Shown in pieces: positions 51,178 to 61,135 of a DNA stretch of 64,000 nucleotides (positions within the stretch are counted from its first letter, which is position 1; each line of letters begins with the position of its first letter). Location: positions 372,001-436,000 of the forward strand of contig JASTWF010000326.1 of the NCBI GenBank assembly GCA_030390025.1. Reading direction: 5' to 3'. Source of the stretch: Squalus acanthias (lineage: Eukaryota). Below the pieces are notes generated by a model. It was not told where the DNA came from, searched no databases, and saw nothing but the letters and a program-made list of their open reading frames with translations. The translations under genes and the position numbers were made by a program.

Positions 51178-51389
51178 AGAACAGCATAAGAAAAACAAAG
51201 ATGAGTGGGTATGGCTATCACAACATCATTGTTTCTCAGTATCTACTGATTCAAGTTGGCTATTATATTCATACCATTTGCAAGTGTGATAAAAAGGGTA
51301 TTAGTAAGTGGGTGATACTCATTACCCTTGATAACATGAGATTTTGTGGCATCGTCAACATTACATTTATATCTGCAATGTCTCATGAT

Positions 51390-52045
51390 GCATCTCTCCA
51401 GCAAATGCACAGGTACAAAAAAGTAATCAAAAAGACCAATGGTATGTTGACCTTTATCTCAATGGGGTTGGAATTCAAACGAGAAGATTTGATGCTTCAG
51501 TTGTACAGAGCTTTGGTCAGCCTCCATATGGAGTACTGTGTTTAGTTTTGGGCACTGAACCTCAGGAACGAGATTTTAACCATGGAAGGGGTACGGTACA
51601 GGTTCACCAGAATGATACCATGGCTTAAAGGGATAAATTATGAGGACAGGTTACATAAACTTGGCTGGTATTCCCTTGAGTTTAGAAGGTTGACGGATGA
51701 TCTAATCTGAAATGATATAGGGATTTGACAGGGTGGATACAGGGAATCTATTTCTTCTGACGGGACAATCCAGAATAAGAAGGCATCATCTTAAAATGAG
51801 AGCAATGCCATTTAGGAGTGAAATCCGGAAGCACTTTTTCACACAAAGGGTAGTGGAAATCTAGAACTCACTGCCCAAAAGTCTCTAGATGCTGGGTCAG
51901 TTAAAATTTTCAAGACTGAGAGCGATAGATTTTTGTTGGGTAAGGGTTTCAAGGGATATGGAATGAAGGTGGGTAAATGCAATTGAGGTACAGATGAACC
52001 ATGACTTAAATGAATAGCGGAACAGGCTCAAGGGGCTGAAGGGCC
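51390..52045 (+). mobile_element. CR1 LINE 3' fragment, decayed
   Basis: KKTNGMLTFIS.G.EFK...LQLYRALV..HMEYCV; tail TACTCCTGTTACTATGTTCCTAT. Confidence 0.85.
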
Positions 52046-52965
52046 TACTCCTGTTACTATGTTCCTATCCCATTTCACAGGCGACCTCATGCACAATTCA
52101 AAGGCGAAGTAGAATGCATTGGTGAGGGGAACAGAACTGTGTGATGCTGATCTGGAATTAAGGCAAAAGAGTCAGTTGGAAAAAATACTCTACCTTGGAA
52201 CCTAATCAAACAATCATCCCAATAATAAAAAGAAACACGTAGCAAAGAAAGCAATAAGAGTAGAAAAGAATAACGTGTGGCTAGATTTTGGAAAATAAAT
52301 TAGAGGTGCGCATTAAAGATAATGACAAATCTATGCTTTAATCATGGAGCCACAAAAGCCTACAGGAATTGCCACTGAGGTTATTAAGAATGAAAGAAAG
52401 AAGCTGATTGTAAAAAGAAAATGTCTGCTGGGTAGATAAACAGTTTACTTCACACAGCTTTTAAATCCGAAAATTGGATATGCAGGTTTGACGTCTGGTT
52501 TCATCACAAATGCTTAAGTAAAAAAGAACCCCCCCCATGAACTAGACCAGAGAATTGAGTTTATGTAGTTTGATTGAAGGAGGAGACCATTAGGTCAAGT
52601 CCTTCAATTGAACTGCTTCTACTCAATTCCCCAACACAATACACGAGGAAGTTCTTAACTGCTATTCAATCACAGTTAAAAGATTTTTTTTTAATTTGTA
52701 CCTTGGGGACCCAAATGATTTTGAGAGACGGGGTCGGCTTCTTTGAAAAGAATTACGAAGCTAGGAGTGGTGGAAACTCCATTGCCATTAATAAGGTATT
52801 GATAAAGCTGATACAGAAATATCACGTTGGATAGTGAGTCCTATGAGAGTATACTCCGTGAGCTGGATTTTAAAAGAAGCAGCATTCAACCTATCAGAAT
52901 GCCTTATTTCAAAAACTATAACTGCTCCTGAACAAAGTGAGTATGACAAAAATAGACGAAGTTAA

Positions 52966-53690
52966 GGGGTGGAATTTTCCAGGGGGGGTCAGTGGTTCGG
53001 GTGGGAAAGTATTTTTTTTTGACAGCGGGTCGAGACCCCGCTGTCAACCCGCCGCCACACGCCTTTACCAAACGTCGGGTCTGTCAGCGCTGAGCAGACC
53101 CGACACGCAGCGGTGAGGGAGGCAATTCAGGTCATTATGACCTTGTTAACAGAGGATTAGCAACAATTTTGAGCTCAACTTTAGAATTTACCAGCTCACC
53201 AACTGCTCGGGGATCACGTCTGTTAAGCTGGGCGGGAGTTGAATGGCCATGGAATCTAATCATTACTTGACAGCTTGAAATGTGCTCTAAAAGCTCCCAT
53301 CTCACAGCTGTTTACTTTCCAAGCTCAGAAGCTGTTGCTTACTGCATTTGGAAGACAGATTGAACTTTATGCATGTTGCAAGTGTTTGGAACAAATTCTC
53401 TATCCAGTGTCACCTCATTAGAACAACCTCTCTCACCATTGACAGATTACTTCTGTCATCTCAAGTTCACCTGCCATCTATTCCATCAGCTTGGGTATGG
53501 TTTATACTCTCTCACCTTGGTCCTCAGAATCTGACCACCGCTACACCAGCAGCACCAGGCACACCAGCAACTACACCAACCTTCTCCGCAATCACCTGAT
53601 GCTGCACAGGACAAAGGGCATCAGCACCCGACCACATTGCTGCCCAGGACACCAGGCATGGCCTCACCAGGAGCAGGAGGAGGAGATGGT
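52966..53690 (+). mobile_element. Left-end fragment of a Harbinger-type element
   Basis: Starts GGGGTGGAATTTTCC; 53300-53650 is homologous to 44680-45060. Confidence 0.6.
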
Positions 53691-54585
53691 TTATGTTACG
53701 ATACAACTTAATTTACTGATGTGCATTAGTTCTAATTAGTATTATTGATTCACATATTATACAAATTAGATAAGCTCAATTCCCAAAGTCCACGCACATA
53801 TGAGCACAGCCTACAGTCACGGACAGGCCTGCTGAGTATGGTAGACTACCCAGTCTAAAAAAAACATTTTCAGTGCAGCAAATAATCTTGCTTTACTGCA
53901 GAGGAGAATTGATCACTTATTGCACACCATCTGTATCCAAGAAAAACACTCACTGAAAACATGCTCCGAAAACTGCTCTGGGGGTAAACTGGCTTAATGT
54001 ATGTTAATATTCAGATCTATCTTTAACCTTTTTTTGTTTGTTAATGGCGTATTAAATAGCAATTATGGGGAAATATGCAAATGTACTCATTCTTGCCTTT
54101 AAACGTAAATTGCATTAACGATGTCAATGTAATAGGTTGTGTTAAAGTAGTGGACAGATCTGTTAGAGGTCTAGCATGGAGCAGAGCACAAGAAACTATT
54201 GACTCTAATTTCAACCCATAGTAGCAAGGATGCACCAGTAAGTATGACTTTGCTGGGAATGTTGGTGAGGAGCGGGGGCGGGGGATGAGGAGCATCAGCA
54301 AGGAAGATCAGAGGTCATAGGAAGAGAGTTACCAGCATGCTCTATTACTCTTGATGCCACAGACAATGGAGCTAGATCACTGTCACTGAAAAGTACGATG
54401 TGAAGAGGCTGCACTTCACCAAATTAATCATTGGGTGAATTATGCAGTCTCTCGGAATCAGATCTGCAGCCAATGCGCAACATCAGCACTGCACTACACT
54501 ATTAGCTGCAGTAAAAGTGAAGATACATTTTTTTTTGCCATTAGGACCTTCCAGGCAATGGCATGAAACTTGGCGAAGCGGCAAA

Positions 54586-55581
54586 GGGGGAAAATTCAGT
54601 TGGTTAGCGCCTCCTGCTAACGCCTGCAGCTGATGCTAACAGGGCGCTGATGCAGTAACGCCAGGGTGAGGCGAATCCGGCGGTGCACAACAAATCTGGA
54701 TTCCCCGTTGCGCCGCCGGTATGAGGTACCGCCAGGGACTTCTACGCCAGGCAGATCGTGACATCAGTGAGCGTGCAATGCTCACTGGGCACCCGATCTA
54801 CCAAATTCATTATGGACACTTACCTTTGCGCCTCGACCAGATAGGGTGAGGAGGCGCACAGCTGCAGGACGCTGGCTCCAGGGATGTTATTTAAAGGCAT
54901 CCGCATTAATCACTCGCAGCTGTCAGGGCAGGTTCGTTTCTGTGGTCTCTGTTTCGGCTATTGGATGAGTTTGCATGAGTAATTTCAAGGTTCTTTTTTT
55001 TAATCAGTGTTGTTCTGGCAAGTGCAAAGTGGCTACATTTATTGTACAAAGATTCAAACTGCTACACTTGGCAACATTATTGGGGGCTGTACTGGCGCCA
55101 CCTCGCCCTCCAGGATCTACAGCAGAGGGAGCGTAGGCAGCCAGGAATACGGGAACATGTGCACAGAGGGATGAGGAGGGACATCAGGGCTCTTACCAGG
55201 ATGACTTAAACCCCAGATCCCTTTTGCTCACCACATGCCCATCATACCTTCCCTGTGTCATGCCATATCACAGCGTCCTCCTGGGCGCAAAGGTGAAATG
55301 AGAGAGACCACAAAATATTGCAAGCTCCATTTATAAATTTATGCATAAACATATCACTCATATCACATTGATTCTAATAACTAATGATCCTTGTGCCTGC
55401 CATAGTTGAATAGCTGTCATTGTGCACAAGGCGTGAGATGTGGGTGTGAGTGTTGGTAGGTAGAGATTGTTGGTGGGTGAGCGCTGGGGGTGTGGTGCTT
55501 TGGGCAGTGTGTGAAGCTTGTGGTACAGATGGTGGTATGTAGCATTTGTTGAAGCATTCAATCACCCTGACCACCTGTCCT
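54586..55581 (+). mobile_element. Harbinger left end, transposase 5' remnant and Myb intron-1 remnant
   Basis: GGGGGAAAATTCAGTTGGTTAGCGCC matches the left TIR at 35135. TATTTAAAGG present. 55400-55580 resembles the reverse complement of 16550-16790. Confidence 0.7.
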
Positions 55582-58580
55582 TGTACAGTCATCCCCACAA
55601 TAAGAATAACATTTTCTTCCATGCCAGAAATCATAGATTCCATTGTTATTGTGTTCACACTGATGTACCAGGATTGATTTTCTCTCTACTATAAACAGCC
55701 AGTAAATACTTGCCGCATTCACTCTTTTCTAAGTTTTAATTAACTGATTCCAGAAAACATTTCATATTGCATGCCACCCCGCAATTTAGTTTTTTGGGGT
55801 TAGGAATTCATATTTTCTGACTGGGTTATTCATACATTTTGATTTATTTGGTTTAGTAAATAAATCCGTTCCTAATATTACACTGGTTAATAAATGTGTT
55901 CACAGTACTGTACTATTTACTCCAATATGGACATAATAGAAATACTAAAAATCTATTATAGCACAAGTAGATGTTCGTCACAGACAGAAAGGCCAACATT
56001 TTCAGCTCATCCAGTGGACAACGTCAGTAATTTAAAGATGGCGGCCGATGGATGGAACAGTAAATCCATTCATTGGTGTTCCATTAATATTTTGATATAC
56101 ACAGTAATAGAAGAGGACTGTCAATTAGATATATTGACAAGTTGATATGTGTCACAAGCACATTTAAACAGGAGGAAAGGATGGTCATTCATTTCAGAAC
56201 GTATCAGGGTGAAATGCATCTTGGGCGGCAGTGCAAAATGGGCGAGAGCAAATCAGCAGATCATTTTAGACCTTGCCTGATATTTGAATATCGGACATAG
56301 TGTAAAATGGGCTGCCGATTCATTATCGCCGGTTTGACTCAACCATCCATTTCACCCCATCGTCATTTGTATTAATAATTTGTGATGTCGCATAATTGGC
56401 CTAAAATTAGGAATGATGCCGTGGGTGTCTAATTGTGTAATTACAACCTACTTTTCATTGGGCACTGCCGAACGCTAAGTAAATGTTCTGGTTCAATGGG
56501 AGTGCTAGGTACGACTGTAATACAAAAGCAGCTCAGTAAGGTACAGAAACTGATTAGCAAGCATTACAGAAGGGCATGTGCTTATGTGGGTTGCTATCTT
56601 TTGCTAAATTAAAGTACAATGCAGGATAGGGGTAGGACTAGCGATTGGATCATACTTTGTGTTTTTAAGATTTGCTTTGCTTATGGTGAAAATTAAAAGC
56701 CTTAATAACCTCAATAATAAATGCCTCCACATCATGAGCCTCAGTATTAAGCAGAAAATGGACTTTCATTTTTTTTTAAAGACCTTTGGTACCTGGTTTC
56801 TCTCTTAGAAATTTCTAGACCAAAAGATAATGGGTGGCAATCCAAGTGTCATGACAAAGTTACACTTGGCAAAATATCTAACAAAATGTGCCATAAGCAC
56901 ACCTGCTTCAGTCCTCCAGCTCCTTCTCCTTGTGCTTCTCCTTGCTGAGGCAGCTGCACAGCCAGCAATGCTGAGAATGAGGTGCTGCAGTATCAATGAA
57001 CCTCCCCTTTAAGAACTGGGAAAAGCCTTTGGCAATGATGAGTTGAGATTAGACTGTATCCGATATTGGTCCACCCTTTGAGTGTCACTCCACTGAGCTA
57101 GGCCTTTAAGACTTGATTTAGCGCCCCAATCATTTCTTTGAGCAGTGAGAATGAATTTTGCGTGCAGTCTAAAGATTCTGCCCATTCCTGGGCTATAATG
57201 AATTTCTAGCCCTGCAATTCAAAGCCTTTCCCAACTTGATACTTAGCAGAACCTATTTAATTAGGTTTTCCTATTTTGTTAGATATTTTGCCAAGTGTAA
57301 CTTTGTCATGACACTTGGATTGCCACCCATTATCTTTTGGTCTAGAAATTTCTAAGAGAGAAACCAGGTACCAAAGGTCTTTTAAAAAAAAAATGAAAGT
57401 CCATTTTCTGCTTAATACTGAGGCTCATGATGTGGAGGCATTTATTATTTAGGTTATTAAGGCTTTTAATTTTCATCATAATCAAAGCAAATCTTAAAAA
57501 CACAAAGTATGATCCAATCTCTAGTCCTACCCCTATCCTGCATTGTACTTTAATTTAGCAAAAGATAGCAACCCACATAAGCACATGCCCTTCTGTAATG
57601 CTTGCTAATCAGTTTCTGTACCTTACTGAGCTGCTTTTGTATTACAGTCGTACCTAGCACTCCCATTGAACCAGAACATTTACTTAGCGTTCGGCAGTGC
57701 CCAATGAAAAGTAGGTTGTAATTACACAATTAGACACCCACGGCATCATTCCTAATTTTAGGCCAATTATGAGACATCACAAATTATTAATACAAATGAC
57801 GATGGGGTGAAATGGATGGTTGAGTCAAACCGGCGATAATGAATCGGCAGCCCATTTTACACTATGTCCGATATTGAAATATCAGGCAAGGTCTAAAATG
57901 ATCTGCTGATTTGCTCTCGCCCATTTTGCACTGCCGCCCAAGATGCATTTCACCCTGATACGTTCTGAAATGAATTACCATCATTTCCTCCTGTTTAAAT
58001 GTGCTTGTGACACTTATCAACTTGTCAATATATCTAATTGACAGTCCTCTTCTATTACTGTGTATATCAAAATATTAATGGAACACCAATGAATGGATTT
58101 ACCATTCCATCCATCGGCCGCCATCTTTAAATTACTGACGTTGTCCACTGGATGAGCTGAAAATGTTGGCCTTTCTGTCTGTGACTAACATCTACTTGTG
58201 CTATAATAGATTTTTAGTATTTCTATTATGTCCATATTAGAGTAAATAGTACAGTACTGTGAACACATTTATTAACCAGTGTAATATTAGGAACGGATTT
58301 ATTTACTAAACCAAATAAATCAAAATGTATGAATAACCCAGTCAGAAAATATGAATTCCTAACCCCAAAAAACTAAATTGCGGGGTGGCATGCAATATGA
58401 AATGTTTTCTGGAATCAGTTAATAAAAACTTAGAAAAGAGTGAATGCAGCAAGTATTTACTGGCTGCTTATAGTAGAGAGAAAATCAATCCTGGTGCATC
58501 AGTGTGAACACAATAACAATGGAATCTATGATTTCTGGCATGGAAGAAAATGTTATTCTTATTGTGGGGATGACTGTACA
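55582..58580. repeat. Large inverted repeat: arms 55582-56887 and 57273-58580, spacer 385 bp
   Basis: The arms read as reverse complements along their length, with only scattered substitutions and small indels seen by eye. Confidence 0.97.
56206..56358. mobile_element. Small MITE present in both arms of the inverted repeat
   Basis: TIR GGGTGAAATG / CATTTCACCC, ATC TSD. Confidence 0.6.
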
Positions 58581-58584
58581 GGAA

Positions 58585-59790
58585 CATTTTGCTAGCCTCA
58601 ATATATGCCATTGTTGAAATATCTGTAGCTTCCTTATGGGTGTAGCAATTAAATTACCACAATGACCTAAAATGTTAATGTTAAAAGGTAGGGATTTTAA
58701 CACAATCCCAAACTCAGTACTGTATAAGTCTCCTCACACTGGATATGACCAAAGTTCTTACTTTTAGAGAGTGTGGTAGCTTCCATCATCCACATTCTTC
58801 AATTAATTTTATTTATGACATTTCGAAGATGATAATGGATTCATTTATATAGAATTCATCGCAAAATTCTAATCATGTCCCAATTACAATCATAGTTTCA
58901 ACACCTAGCATTACCCCATATCTACCAGATGAAGGTTCAACAATGGGTGAACTTTCATTTTACTGAAACTATTAGGAGATACAAAAATTAACCTGGGTCT
59001 AATTGTGCGATATGGGAGGCTGTTAAGCAGTGTGAAAAGGAAAGATAATTAGCCTATGGAGAAGGACAAAAAATCTAAATTGACTCGGATATTAAAAAAC
59101 CCTCACAAATGAATGAATGAATTAGAAATAGATGAAATTTGGACTTCTGATAGTGACAAATACCAACAATTGACTAAATTAATGTACGAACTAAATGCTA
59201 TATATTCTTACCAGGCTACAGTTGCAATCTATCAACCTATTAGTTATATTATGAAACTAGGGACAGAGCCAGCAGACTATTAACATACCAACCGAAAGAA
59301 GCAGAACGTGCCACAGTGATTTCAGGTATAAAAGATAAAAAACAAACGTAGTATTGAACTTTTAAAGATCACTGAAATCTTTAGAGACTCCTACCACGAT
59401 CTGAAGTAAAAAGAGATTGGATAGGCTTAGTCAAGTTCTCTGAGAAGATACTCGACTTTAATTTCATATGCTGAACCAAAAGGACTTAGAAAAATCCGTG
59501 GACTTACCAGAAGTGAAAGCAATTAAATTACCAAAGAGGGAAAAGTGCTGCTAGGCAATGATTACACTAATGAGTTTTTAAATATTGTTGCAAGTCTTAA
59601 GTCCATTACTACTCAAACTTGCACATATATGTAGGAAATGGATGGAGTATCGTACTCAATTAAGCCAATAAGGATTTCTGCGATGATAATAAAAAGAAAC
59701 AACTGCTCATAACACAAAAGCTACCAACCAATCTGATTTTTAAACATAGATTGGCCATAATTGCACAATCCCTGGCATCCAAGCTGAAAC
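58585..59790 (+). mobile_element. Highly decayed L1-clade LINE ORF2 fragment
   Basis: Traces of GDFN (about 58690), IWEAVK...GKIIS (about 59010), a GK.PG.DG-like segment (about 59540) and an SY.PI.LLN.D-like segment (about 59720). Many stops. Confidence 0.55.
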
Positions 59791-60329
59791 TGAACTGACT
59801 GAAGTAATCCGCGTTGAGAACATTTGATTTAATTGGTAATGGGTCTTTTATCTAGTCTTGTCTAGTTTTTTGTTGCCGTCCAAATTTTCCATCATTTGCA
59901 TCAGTGATGATTAACCATGACATCTGGATAAGCTGTTATTAACATGCCCAACATTTCTGTTAATTGCCTTTAGCTACTGGAATTATCCTGTGCCTCCATA
60001 AGCTCTCCTGTATTCGATAAGTGATTTGATCAGGACTTCTGAACTTCAGACCAGGTTTTAAGTTTAAATTATTAAGCAATTTATTTTTCAAAAGATGAAC
60101 AAATTCATTATTAACAGTGATATAATACATATATTTACAGTACAAAGCTTTCCATCGAGCTGCTCAACAGGAAAATAATAAAAAATGCAGCAATCGAATG
60201 CTAAGCTGTCTCTTTGTAGAAAACTTTAATGTGTGCAGTGCTGTTTTGTTCTGTATTTCATACCACTGCAGGAGCTGATAATGGCTTCGGCCATTTCCTT
60301 GAGAATGTCAATCAGATTCCAAAATTCAA

Positions 60330-60797
60330 ACACTTAAGCAGCACTTTGCAGGTTCATTTTGATTTGCCATTCCTTGTATCGATTTAGCAGAGACTGTGGG
60401 AGCTGCACTCTGAGCTCTTTGCCTGGTACTCTCCATTGTTCTTTCCAGCACATTTGATGTGCAAGTCTCTCCAGGCCGAGATTCAAGGCTGCAATGAACA
60501 GGATGTGGATGGAAAGCAAGATTAACCATCCCCTTTAAGAACTGGTTCGTGCCATTGTGTGTGTGTTCCATTGCTGACTGACATTACATGAGCTTCGCCA
60601 GCGCGCTGAGTTAGCGCCTCACTCCTTGGCCTTTGCACCTTAAGACAGGTGTGCAGCGCCTGCTTTAGCGCTCCACTCACCTCCCGGGGCGGTAAAAGTG
60701 AAGTTTCCAGTCAGTGCCGATAATTAGCGCCAGGCGCTAATATTTGCGTCCAGACGATATTTGCGCCCCAAATGGGGCGCGACCTAATTTCTACCCC
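60330..60797 (+). mobile_element. Right half of the non-autonomous Harbinger derivative
   Basis: Collinear with 49400-49865; ends AATTTCTACCCC followed by TTA. Confidence 0.88.
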
Positions 60798-60863
60798 TTA
60801 CAGTTCCTTAAGTATCTCTGAAAACAGTTTTTGGGACCTCCTGGATTTTGAATGGATGGTAAC

Positions 60864-61057
60864 TGTGGTAACACAATACAGCTTCCTGTGACTCGAACTT
60901 TATTGCATCACTTCCTGTGATTAGTCCAGGATAAATACTGGACTGAGCAGTTGGATCCTGGAGAGGCATAGAGTAAGACCTCTTTTGTATGTAGCACCTT
61001 TTTAGTTGATTAGAGCTTACTTTAAGTTCACCACGCGTAAGGCTCATTCTTACGACA
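60864..61057 (+). mobile_element. 5' LTR (194 bp) of a Ty3/Gypsy retrotransposon
   Basis: TGTGGTAA...TTACGACA terminal inverted repeat (7/8 match) ending 78 bp before the gag ATG. The 3' LTR lies outside the window, so the boundaries are unconfirmed. Confidence 0.75.
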
Positions 61058-61135
61058 ATTTAATCAACTTTGAAAAACTTCGCACTCAAACTTTTTGGAC
61101 GAACTCGGAACTAAGGATCCAGGGAATCACCCATC

